The notes beneath the pieces are model-generated. The model did no database searches, was not told where the DNA came from, and saw only the letters and a list, made by a program, of their open reading frames with translations. Made by a program: the position numbers and the translations under genes. Below, piece by piece: positions 1-9,090 of a DNA stretch of 64,000 nt. Each line of letters starts with the position of its first letter. Position 1 is the stretch's first letter. The DNA is from Pseudomonadota bacterium. Its GTDB lineage: Bacteria; Pseudomonadota; Alphaproteobacteria; Sphingomonadales; SMXR01. The stretch is from contig JACZSK010000005.1 in NCBI GenBank assembly GCA_022574255.1, forward strand, positions 441 to 64,440. Direction: 5' to 3'.

Positions 1-3000
1 TCTTTGCTTCTATTTCGTCCAGCAGGCCGCAAAAACGTTCCACATTGGCGTCGTCCAGCGGCGCATCAACTTCGTCCAGCACACAAATTGGCGCCGGATT
101 GGTTATGAAGACCGCAAAGATCAGCGAAATAGCGGTCAATGCCTGCTCGCCGCCAGAGAGCAGCGACAGGGTCTGCAGCTTCTTGCCCGGCGGGCTGGCC
201 ATGATTTCCAGTCCGGCATCCAGGGGGTCGTCGGATTCAATCAATTCCAGATGGGCGTGGCCACCGCCAAACAGCGATGTGAAGAGATCGGAGAAATGTG
301 CGTTGACCTGCTCGAAAGCGGCCAGCATGCGCTCGCGTCCCTCGCGGTTGAGACTGCGAATACCCTGGCGCAGGCGCCCGATAGCGCTTTCCAGGTCTTG
401 TTTTTCGCTGGCCAGATGTTCGATCTGCTCGGCGATTTCCTGCAATTCCTGATCGGCTCTCAAATTGACCGCCCCAAGCCGTTCGCGCTCGGCGCGCAGC
501 CGGACGAGGCGCTTCTCCAGGGTCTCCAGGTCGGGCAATTCCTTGTTGGCGTTGACTTCAACTTTCTCCAGAACATCCGATGGCGTGCAACCGAATTTCT
601 CCAGAATCGACCCGGCAATTTCACGCTTGCGTTCCACGGCCGACTCCTGCGCCGTCTCTTTTCGGATGCGCGTTTCGCGGGCTTCGGCCAGCGCGGTCTG
701 CGCCTCCCGGAGATCACGATCTTTTTCGCGCACGGCGTTTTCAATTTTTGCCAGCGCATCGGCGGCTTCCGAGCGTGCCGCTTCGGCCTTTGATATCTGG
801 TCCAGCAGGGCCTTGCGCCGGGCCTCAATATCCTGCGGTCCCTCGGCAATTTCCTTAAGCCGCCCCCCGGTTTGCTCACTGCGGCTGTTCAGCTCTTCGA
901 TTTGCCGGTCGGCGCGACCCATGCGTTCCTTCCAGGCCGCTTCTTCGCCGGCGATATCCGCCAGCCGGCGCTCTCGTTCCTGACTGATCCGGTGCAGGCC
1001 GTCATAAGTGGCGCGGGCCTCGGCCAGGCGCGTGCGCAATGCGCCAACGCTTTCCCTGGCCTCAGCGAGGTCACTTTCCAGCGCGGCGCTGTCGGGCAGG
1101 GCTTCAAGCTCGGTCTCGGCGTTCGCCAGCCTTTCGCGCGATTCCTCCAGATCAGCGGTGACCCGTTCTTCGCCTTCACTCAGCGCCGCCATCCGGCTGG
1201 TGCGCTCGCTGCCTTCATCGTCGATGGCGCTCAAGGCGCTGCGGGCCTTGGTAACGGCCCGGTCGGCTTCCGCCCGTTTTGCCCTCGCCGATTGTTCTCC
1301 ATTATGGGCGCTGTCCACGCTGGTCTCGGTCTTGTCCAGAGCGTCCTTGGTGGAAACCAGATCGGCTTGCGCCGTGGTCTGCTCGCCGGCCAGCGCTTCC
1401 AGTCGATTTCTTTGTGCCAGCCGGGCGGCGGTTGGCGTAACCGCGTCCGCGCGGGCGTGAAACCCATCCCAGCGCCAAAGCGCGCCTTCCCTGCTGACCA
1501 GCCGCTGCCCGGGCAACAAGGTTTTTGACAGCGCATCGCCCTCGCGCCCGGCGATCACGCCCACTTGTGTCAGGCGCCGGGCAAGCGCCGGCGGTCCCGA
1601 TACGAAATTGCTCAGAGGTTTTGCTGCGGGCGGCAATGCCGGGGCGTTGTCCAACGGCGGAAAATTGCGCCAGCCGACGGGCGCATCAGCGCCAGCCGGC
1701 GCATTCAGGTCGTCACCCAGGGCAGCCCCCAGCGCCACCTCGTAGCCGGCCTCAACCTTCAACTCTTCGGCCACCGGAACATGATCGCCCGACTTTCCGG
1801 CGTCGAGAATTTCGCGGATGCCGCGGATTTCCGCCTCGATTCCGGCAAGAGCCGCTTCCCTGGTGGAAAGATCGCCGCGCGCGATGTCCCGTGCTTCCTG
1901 CGCTTCCAGCCGCAATGCTTCTGCAACGGTCAGCTCTTCTCCCAGTTCGTCGAATCGGCTCCGGGCTTTGGCCAGGTCTTTCCGGGCGGCGTCCAGTTGC
2001 TGCCCGTAGCTATCTTTTTCGCGAAGTTTCTCGATATCTTCCAAAATCTTCTGGCGCTCGTCCTCCAGCCGAAGAATTCTCTGTTCCAGCATATCGATAT
2101 CGGCGGTCAGGCTTTCGTGCCTTGCGCGCTCGCGGGCCGCCGTTGCTGACAACTCGTCGAGCCCGGACTCGGCATCGCTGGCCTCGGCATGGGCGGCCTC
2201 CAGGGCGCTTGCCGCATTCTGCTCGCCGCTGGCTTCCGCAGATTTCTCTTTTTCCAGCCTGGCGTGCTCTTCGCCCAGGCGGCGTGCGGTATCTGCGGCG
2301 TCATCGCGAAATTCTGCTTCGCGTTCCAGGTCAATCGCAACCTGTCTGGCGCGGGCTTCCAGCTCCGCCTTATGCTGCTTCAGCCGTTCGGCTTCAGCAT
2401 CCAGATTTTCCCGCGCGACCGTCAAGCGGTGGGTGGCGGCGGCAACCTCAGCTTCCTTTTGCCGCAATTCCGGCAGTTTGGCCGACAGGTTGGTCTGCTC
2501 GGTGGTGAACCGCGTGGCCACTCTGGTCAACTCACCGACCTCGGTCTGTGCTTTCTGAAGCCCGCTTTCCAGCTCCTGCACCGCGTCGGCGGCGGCGCGC
2601 CAGCGTACGAATAGCAGGCTGCCCTCGGCGCGGCGCAAATCGCCCGAAATATTGCGGTAGCGGGTGGCCTGGCGGGCCTGGCGCTTTAGGGAAGCGACCT
2701 GCGCCTCCATCTGCACGACCACGTCATCAAGGCGCAGCAGGTTGTTTTCCGCTGCCTTCAGGCGGCTCTCTGCCTCCTTCCGGCGGCTGTGCAGTCCCAC
2801 GATGCCGGCGGCTTCCTCGAGAATGGCACGGCGGTTGGTCGGTTTGGCGCTGATAATCGAGCCGATGCTGCCCTGGCTGACAAGCGCCGGGGAATGGGCG
2901 CCGGTCGCGGCGTCGGCGAACAGCAGCTGCACGTCCTTGGCGCGGACCTCGCGACCGTTGATGCGATAGGCAGACCCCCTGTCCCGCTCAATCCGGCGCG

Positions 3001-3310
3001 AGACATCAATGACGTCGCCATCGTTATAGGCGGCCGGGGCAGAGCGGTCCGAGTTGTCCAGGGTTATGGTGACTTCCGCCAGATTTCGCGGCGGGCGGGT
3101 GCTGGTGCCGGAAAAAATTACGTCATCCATGCCGGCACCGCGCATGCTCTTGGCCGAGCTTTCACCCATAACCCAGCGAATGGCTTCCAGCAGGTTTGAC
3201 TTGCCACAACCGTTCGGCCCGACAACACCGGTCAGGCCCGGCTCGAACACAAGTTCGGTCGGTTCGACGAAGGATTTAAATCCTGACAGCCGGATGCGGT
3301 TAAACTGCAC
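1..3310 (-). CDS. smc: Chromosome segregation protein SMC (C-terminal end runs off the window at position 1)
   Basis: My own minus-strand translation from GTG at 3310-3308 gives VQFNRIRLSGFKSFVEPTELVFEPGLTGVVGPNGCGKSNLLEAIRWVMGE (N-terminal Walker A). The minus-strand translation of about 1-230 gives LSGGEQALTA (ABC signature) and PICVLDEVDAPLDDANVERF (Walker B/D-loop). It is absent from the ORF track because no stop codon lies inside the window. Confidence 0.9.
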   Translation of the reverse strand, partial: MQFNRIRLSGFKSFVEPTELVFEPGLTGVVGPNGCGKSNLLEAIRWVMGESSAKSMRGAGMDDVIFSGTSTRPPRNLAEVTITLDNSDRSAPAAYNDGDVIDVSRRIERDRGSAYRINGREVRAKDVQLLFADAATGAHSPALVSQGSIGSIISAKPTNRRAILEEAAGIVGLHSRRKEAESRLKAAENNLLRLDDVVVQMEAQVASLKRQARQATRYRNISGDLRRAEGSLLFVRWRAAADAVQELESGLQKAQTEVGELTRVATRFTTEQTNLSAKLPELRQKEAEVAAATHRLTVARENLDAEAERLKQHKAELEARARQVAIDLEREAEFRDDAADTARRLGEEHARLEKEKSAEASGEQNAASALEAAHAEASDAESGLDELSATAARERARHESLTADIDMLEQRILRLEDERQKILEDIEKLREKDSYGQQLDAARKDLAKARSRFDELGEELTVAEALRLEAQEARDIARGDLSTREAALAGIEAEIRGIREILDAGKSGDHVPVAEELKVEAGYEVALGAALGDDLNAPAGADAPVGWRNFPPLDNAPALPPAAKPLSNFVSGPPALARRLTQVGVIAGREGDALSKTLLPGQRLVSREGALWRWDGFHARADAVTPTAARLAQRNRLEALAGEQTTAQADLVSTKDALDKTETSVDSAHNGEQSARAKRAEADRAVTKARSALSAIDDEGSERTSRMAALSEGEERVTADLEESRERLANAETELEALPDSAALESDLAEARESVGALRTRLAEARATYDGLHRISQERERRLADIAGEEAAWKERMGRADRQIEELNSRSEQTGGRLKEIAEGPQDIEARRKALLDQISKAEAARSEAADALAKIENAVREKDRDLREAQTALAEARETRIRKETAQESAVERKREIAGSILEKFGCTPSDVLEKVEVNANKELPDLETLEKRLVRLRAERERLGAVNLRADQELQEIAEQIEHLASEKQDLESAIGRLRQGIRSLNREGRERMLAAFEQVNAHFSDLFTSLFGGGHAHLELIESDDPLDAGLEIMASPPGKKLQTLSLLSGGEQALTAISLIFAVFITNPAPICVLDEVDAPLDDANVERFCGLLDEIEAK

Positions 3311-3365
3311 TTCTTCTTATCCGTTACTTATCGCAGCTTCTGGTTTGTCCCCTGAAACCCTGAGG

Positions 3366-4112
3366 CTACAGCGCGTCCTCAATCCGTTCGGCGAAATCCT
3401 TGAAAGAGACGGTGTTGAAGGATTCCCCGTCGAGAATAAAGGTGGGCGTGGCGGTAATATTATCCTCATTGAGGCCAACATCTCTCATCGCGCGAACATT
3501 GTTCAAAACAGCCTGGTCCTGAATACAGGCATCGAAGGTGGCGCGGCTCAAGCCGGTGCGGCGCACCAGCGCGGCCAGGTTGTTCAGAATTTCCCGCCCG
3601 TTTTCGCCATGCAGCCAGCGGTCCTGACGCGACAGCATCAGGTCCAGAATCGGATAGACCCGATCGTCGGCGGCGCAAAGGGGAACCATTGATACGATCT
3701 CGTCCAATGGGCTGCGCGCAAACAGGCGAAATGTCAGCTTGAGTTTACCGGTATCCACGTAGGCCTTTTTGATCTGCGGCCAGATATTGATGTGGTGGGT
3801 GGCGCAATGGGAGCAGGTCAGCGAGGCATACTCGATCATTTCTATTGCGTCCGGATTGCCGACGGTGATTTCGCCGGTGGCGACGCCATTGGCGTCCCGG
3901 TGCACGGTGATTTGCACCTCGCCCGATGGCGCGGCTTCGCCGGCAACAGCTTCCACGGCAACAGTATCAGCGGCGTTGTCTGTTGATGCAGCTTCATCTG
4001 AAGTCGTCGAATCACTGCCGCCGCCGCTATCGCAAGCGCTCAAAAACAGCGCCAGAGAGCCAGCTGCGGCGGCGCGCAATATCCTGTTCATTGTCATATT
4101 CTTGTGTGTCAT
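3366..4112 (-). CDS. DsbA-family thiol:disulfide oxidoreductase, probable lipoprotein
   Basis: 248-aa ORF with a signal/lipobox-like LALFLSAC and the thioredoxin-fold active site CSHC in YASLTCSHCATHH. The smc / dsbA-like / DUF721 / mutY neighbourhood is common in alphaproteobacteria. Confidence 0.8.
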   Translation of the reverse strand: MTHKNMTMNRILRAAAAGSLALFLSACDSGGGSDSTTSDEAASTDNAADTVAVEAVAGEAAPSGEVQITVHRDANGVATGEITVGNPDAIEMIEYASLTCSHCATHHINIWPQIKKAYVDTGKLKLTFRLFARSPLDEIVSMVPLCAADDRVYPILDLMLSRQDRWLHGENGREILNNLAALVRRTGLSRATFDACIQDQAVLNNVRAMRDVGLNEDNITATPTFILDGESFNTVSFKDFAERIEDAL

Positions 4113-4198
4113 CCGTTCCTCACTACACTATCTAGTATTAATTGGATTCCCGGGTACTTGCGAGTCAATTGTTGCGCCCGGTTGGCGTTTGCGGGCGG

Positions 4199-4720
4199 CT
4201 ATTTATCCGGCTCGGCGTAGACATTGCGCCCGAGCTCTTCCAGAGCCTTTTTCAAGGCGTCGTCCCGGGTGCCCTCCACCAATCCATGAACCTCCTTCGC
4301 GGCCTCAGGTTCCACGCGCAGTTCCTTGCGCCGCGCCCTTTCCCCCGGCCGGTTGATCGGCCCCTGTGAAATGGCAACCTTCTGGACCGCGCCATAGCCA
4401 TAAAATGTGTTGATCTTCTCCACAAGAACAGGCTCCAGGTGCTGCAATTCCGTGGCGATCGGGCCATCGACCCGGATGTGCAGAGTTCCGCCGACCCGTT
4501 TTCCGCGCGGAAATTTTAGCGTCAGCGGCATGGAATACCGGGCCAGTTCGGCACCCACCACTTCATGCCAGCGGGTGATGATGGCGCTTTCGGCAAAGCC
4601 GAACTGGCGGAAGACCCGGCGCGCCTCCTTGGGCAACAGGTTCGAAAGACGCTGCATTCTGAAGCGTCGTTCACCGCTTCGGCGGCTTGATGGTTTGACC
4701 GGGCTTGCTGACTTGGTCAT
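4199..4720 (-). CDS. DUF721-domain protein (function unknown)
   Basis: The track ORF 4199-4960 was trimmed to the internal ATG at 4720 (MTKSASPVKPS...). The longer form would overlap the divergent mutY start at 4757. The body (LLPKEARRVFRQFGFAESAIITRWHEVVGAELARYSMPLTLKF...GTLHIRV) resembles the DUF721 family. Confidence 0.65.
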   Translation of the reverse strand: MTKSASPVKPSSRRSGERRFRMQRLSNLLPKEARRVFRQFGFAESAIITRWHEVVGAELARYSMPLTLKFPRGKRVGGTLHIRVDGPIATELQHLEPVLVEKINTFYGYGAVQKVAISQGPINRPGERARRKELRVEPEAAKEVHGLVEGTRDDALKKALEELGRNVYAEPDK

Positions 4721-4756
4721 GATCTCTTCAAACAGATAAAAGGACTCGGCTTCAGT

Positions 4757-5923
4757 ATGCCATCGCAGCCGGAAACATACATGCAAAATAGGTCTGGCGA
4801 AAATGAGGCGAAAGGGGCGGCATTCGCCGGCCCTGCGGCGCTCGCCCGCAGCCTCCTGGCCTGGTACGACCAGCACGGTCGCGATCTGCCTTGGCGAATT
4901 CGGGACCGGGGCCAAAGCCACGGTCAGCATCAGAGCCAGCTCCGGGCCGATCCTTATCACGTCTGGCTATCCGAGATCATGCTGCAACAAACAGGCGTGG
5001 TTGTGGTGACGCCATATTTTCACAAATTTCTTTCCCGCTGGCCGACCATAGCGGCGCTGGCGGCGGCGCCACTCAATGACGTTTTGCAGGCATGGGCGGG
5101 GCTTGGCTATTACGCGCGGGCGCGCAACCTCCATAAATGTGCGCGCGTTCTGGATACAGACTTCAGGGATGGTTTTCCCGAAGACACGGCCACGTTAAAA
5201 ACGCTTCCTGGTATAGGCGATTATACCGCCGCGGCGATTTCAGCCATTGCCTTTGCCCGGCCGGCCAATGTCGTTGACGGCAATATAGAGCGCGTTGTGG
5301 CGCGCCTGCGGGCGGTTGCCGCGCCTTTGCCCGGGGCCAGGCGGGAGCTTCGCAAGCTGGCCGGTGAAATTGCACCCGATCAACGGCCGGGGGATTATGC
5401 CCAGGCATTGATGGACTTGGGCGCAACTGTCTGCACGCCTCGAAATCCCGCCTGTGGGGTCTGTCCCTGGGCCGGTTCCTGTCAGGCCAGGATAAACGGG
5501 AACGCTGCGGAATACCCCCGCCGGGTGGCCAAAAAGGCAAAGCCTGTTCGCCGTGGTGTCGCCTACTGGATTGAGCGGGACAGTAAAATATTTCTCGAGC
5601 GGCGACCGGCCCGTGGCCTGCTTGGCGGGATGCTGTGTTTTCCGGGCAGCGAATGGCTCGAGGCCGTCGGTGAGAGTGCGGGCGAGAGTGCAGGCGAGAG
5701 TGCAGGCGATGCCGGGGATCATCTATTACCCGGCGAAGTGCGCCATACCTTTACGCATTTTCACCTGATCCTTCGCGTATCGGTGCGCCGCGCCGAAAAT
5801 CATGAAACAGACAGACCTGCCGGAAAATGGGTGGCGATCTCGGAGCTGGACCAGGCAGGCCTGCCCAGCGTTATGCAAAAGGTGGCGCGCCACGCGCTTG
5901 GAGCAATGGCGGCAGCGGAATAA
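4757..5923 (+). CDS. mutY: A/G-specific adenine DNA glycosylase MutY
   Basis: 388 aa. Motifs: LLAWYDQHGRDLPWR, DPYHVWLSEIMLQQT (HhH-GPD), the Fe-S cluster loop CTPRNPACGVCPWAGSC, and a C-terminal MutT-like domain (GMLCFPG...HTFTHFHL). Confidence 0.9.
   Translation: MPSQPETYMQNRSGENEAKGAAFAGPAALARSLLAWYDQHGRDLPWRIRDRGQSHGQHQSQLRADPYHVWLSEIMLQQTGVVVVTPYFHKFLSRWPTIAALAAAPLNDVLQAWAGLGYYARARNLHKCARVLDTDFRDGFPEDTATLKTLPGIGDYTAAAISAIAFARPANVVDGNIERVVARLRAVAAPLPGARRELRKLAGEIAPDQRPGDYAQALMDLGATVCTPRNPACGVCPWAGSCQARINGNAAEYPRRVAKKAKPVRRGVAYWIERDSKIFLERRPARGLLGGMLCFPGSEWLEAVGESAGESAGESAGDAGDHLLPGEVRHTFTHFHLILRVSVRRAENHETDRPAGKWVAISELDQAGLPSVMQKVARHALGAMAAAE
5669..5716 (+). repeat. In-frame 12-bp tandem repeat inside mutY, encoding GESA-GESA-GESA-GDAG
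   Basis: Read directly: ggtgagagtgcg / ggcgagagtgca / ggcgagagtgca / ggcgatgccggg, contiguous units at 5669, 5681, 5693 and 5705. Confidence 0.85.
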
Positions 5924-5925
5924 TT

Positions 5926-7077
<1,152 letters not shown>

Positions 7078-7130
7078 CTATAACTTCCTCGATTTTCTCG
7101 CCCTTGTTGAAAGGTGCGAGGCTGCGCAGT

Positions 7131-7146
7131 TTGAGTCATGACTCAA
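7131..7146. promoter_or_regulatory. Perfect 16-bp palindrome TTGAGTCATGACTCAA with two GANTC sites, 84-99 bp upstream of the ccrM start
   Basis: Read directly. GAGTC is at 7133-7137 and GACTC at 7140-7144. Further GANTC sites lie at 7172-7176 and 7191-7195, and a TCAA-N7-TTAA motif (one mismatch from the CtrA box) is at 7175-7189. The regulatory role is inferred. Confidence 0.4.
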
Positions 7147-7174
7147 TCGAGGTCAATAGAATAACACTTAAGAA

Positions 7175-7819
7175 TCAATGTTTTATTAAAGAGTCTTCGC
7201 TTGCAAGATAACGGATGGGCGCGAAGCTCTTGCGGTGATGGGGGGATATGCCCACAAGCTGTAGTGCGTCCCTATGCGCCGGTACACCATATCCTGCATT
7301 CCGCTCCCATCCATAGGCGGGGTAGAGTGCCGCCAGATCACACATGATCCGGTCGCGGGTGACTTTGGCAACGATGCTGGCGGCGGCTATGGACAGGCTG
7401 ATGGCATCCCCCTTGACCAGAAGCCGGGTCGGAATCTCCAGGCCGGGGTCGCGGTTGCCATCCACCAGGCAGGCGTCGGGCATGGTCGCCAGGGCGCTGA
7501 CCGCGCGGCGCATGGCCAGCAGGCTCGCTTGCAGAATATTGAGTCGGTCAATTTCCTCCACCGAGGCCTGACCAACGCCGACGCAGGCGCTCTCCAGAAT
7601 GGGATTCAGCAATTGCTCGCGCTTGGCGCGCGACAAGACCTTGGAATCATTGATGCCGTCCGGGATACTGGCCGGGTCGAGAATAACGGCGGCGGCGACA
7701 ACCGGCCCGGCCCACGGGCCCCGGCCCGCCTCATCGACGCCGGCCACGCGCCCGCCCAGCATTTCCTCGTTGCGGAAATCCGGTGGCGCCTTTCCCGTTT
7801 TTGCTCGTCGGCCCGTCAT
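7175..7819 (-). CDS. rnhB: Ribonuclease HII
   Basis: 214 aa with [23 protein letters not shown] (the RNase HII catalytic DEAGRG motif). Confidence 0.92.
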   Translation of the reverse strand: MTGRRAKTGKAPPDFRNEEMLGGRVAGVDEAGRGPWAGPVVAAAVILDPASIPDGINDSKVLSRAKREQLLNPILESACVGVGQASVEEIDRLNILQASLLAMRRAVSALATMPDACLVDGNRDPGLEIPTRLLVKGDAISLSIAAASIVAKVTRDRIMCDLAALYPAYGWERNAGYGVPAHRDALQLVGISPHHRKSFAPIRYLASEDSLIKH

Positions 7820-7852
7820 GGGGGATTCATAGCGGAAGCTGGGTATAAAGAC

Positions 7853-7883
7853 AAAGCTCCCTCCCGGGGCGGGAGAGAGCTTT
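7853..7883 (-). terminator. Hairpin with about a 14-bp stem (one G.U pair), 35 bp upstream of the rnhB start; possible intrinsic terminator of a minus-strand transcript coming from 8.4 kb
   Basis: The minus strand reads AAAGCTCTCTCCCG-CCC-CGGGAGGGAGCTTT followed by GTCTTTATAC. The U-tract is short, so terminator function is uncertain. Confidence 0.4.
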
Positions 7884-8209
7884 GAGAGACGCCAGAGAGG
7901 AAAAGCGCGCCTTTGCGGGGGCTTGGGCGCTGTGGGGCGTCGCTAGGGCCTGAACTCCATTATCGGGTGGAGCTGTGTTGGCTCCGAAATGCCCGGGAAA
8001 CAGGAGAAAACCGCAGTCGATATAGCATATCGACGAGGATTTTTGACGCCTTCGCCCGGGCTTTTCGGGCCAATCCAATTGGACCGCGCCAAAATCGGTC
8101 GGAACAGCGTCAAAACCGCCTCAGATAGATTGCTATTCTTCGTCGCTTTCTTCTCGTTCCGGTCAATTTTGGCTGCGGCACAGCCCTCACCGGTAATGGA
8201 GTCCAGACC

Positions 8210-8350
8210 CTAGTAAACTGTCGGATGTTCTTGATGCTGCCTGTCCGGGCGCCGCGCACGGCGCCTGTTGCGCCAGGCACTTTTCTGCTGGCTGTGGGAG
8301 GCCGCGTAATAACGCACACTCGCTTTGGTCTGGGGGCTAAGGCTAAACAT
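8210..8350 (-). CDS. Candidate 46-aa basic small protein (hypothetical; too short for the ORF track)
   Basis: My own translation gives MFSLSPQTKASVRYYAASHSQQKSAWRNRRRARRPDRQHQEHPTVY. AAGGA sits 9 nt upstream of the ATG at 8350. I recognise no homologous family, and the region also folds into GC hairpins, so it may be non-coding. Confidence 0.2.
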   Translation of the reverse strand: MFSLSPQTKASVRYYAASHSQQKSAWRNRRRARRPDRQHQEHPTVY

Positions 8351-8559
8351 TTTGGGTCGTCCTTGTTTTTCTTCGCTGTCAATCTTCGCTGTCAGGATTG
8401 TTACGTCGGGGGGCGGAATTATCCTTCGAACATTGATGTGGTTATCCGATTTGCGAATTTGAAGATGGCGACCATGCGCTTGAGCTCGAAAAACCTGCGG
8501 CCCATCGCAAATTGGCGGTGAGCGCGGGCGGATATAGGCGTGGATGGATGGTTGGAGCG

Positions 8560-9090
8560 TTATTTCTCGGTGAGCCGCGGCATCAGCTCGACGAAATTAC
8601 AGGGGCGGAAGCGAATATCCAGCTGATCTTTCAAAATAAGATCCCAGCCGTCCCTCGCCGCACCCGGCGATCCGGGCAGCGCAAAAAGATAAGTGCCGCC
8701 GGCGACACCGCCCGTGGCCCGCGACTGCAATGTCGAGGTGCCGATATTCTTGTAGCTGAGCATGCGGAACAGTTCGCCGAAGCCGATGAGCTCCTTGTCG
8801 TAAACTTGCGCGAAGGCCTCGGGGGTCACGTCGCGGCCTGTTATGCCGGTTCCGCCGGTGGAGATCACCACGTCGATATTTTCGTCGGCAATCCAGGTCC
8901 GCAACTGGGCTGCGATTGCATCCTCGTCATCGGTGATGATGGCGCGCGCCGCCACAACATGCCCCGCGGTTTCAATCCGTCCCACCAGCAGCCTCCCCGA
9001 CTTGTCGGTCTCCAGCGTGCGGCTGTCCGACACTGTCAGAACGGCAATGTTGACGGGTATAAAGTCTCTGGTTTCGTCAATTTTCGGCAT
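8560..9090 (-). CDS. moaB: Molybdenum cofactor biosynthesis protein B (MoaB/Mog fold)
   Basis: 176 aa with VISTGGTGITGRDVTPEA (MoCF_biosynth motif). The start overlaps the end of the upstream gene by 14 nt. Confidence 0.85.
   Translation of the reverse strand: MPKIDETRDFIPVNIAVLTVSDSRTLETDKSGRLLVGRIETAGHVVAARAIITDDEDAIAAQLRTWIADENIDVVISTGGTGITGRDVTPEAFAQVYDKELIGFGELFRMLSYKNIGTSTLQSRATGGVAGGTYLFALPGSPGAARDGWDLILKDQLDIRFRPCNFVELMPRLTEK

Noticed and set aside
45-3199. Many plus-strand ORFs of 60-330 aa (for example 1525-2508, 872-1528, 251-793)
   Set aside because: All lie antisense to, or out of frame within, the smc gene, which is missing from the track only because it has a GTG start and no in-window stop. 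Their translations are Ala/Arg/Ser/Pro-rich.
4721-4960. N-terminal extensions of track ORFs: 4199-4960, 15391, 32189, 44444, 44186, 44856, 45385, 49398, 58261, 60383, 61560, 61144
   Set aside because: The extensions overlap neighbouring genes or divergent promoters, have atypical composition and lack family similarity. Internal ATG/GTG starts with Shine-Dalgarno sequences match the expected family N-termini.
8041-8115. A tRNA or tRNA-like gene, because of the 75-nt cloverleaf-like fold
   Set aside because: The closing helix is 9 bp. There is no GTTCRANYC T-loop and no D-loop GG, and the arm lengths do not fit a tRNA. It is reported only as an unexplained structure.
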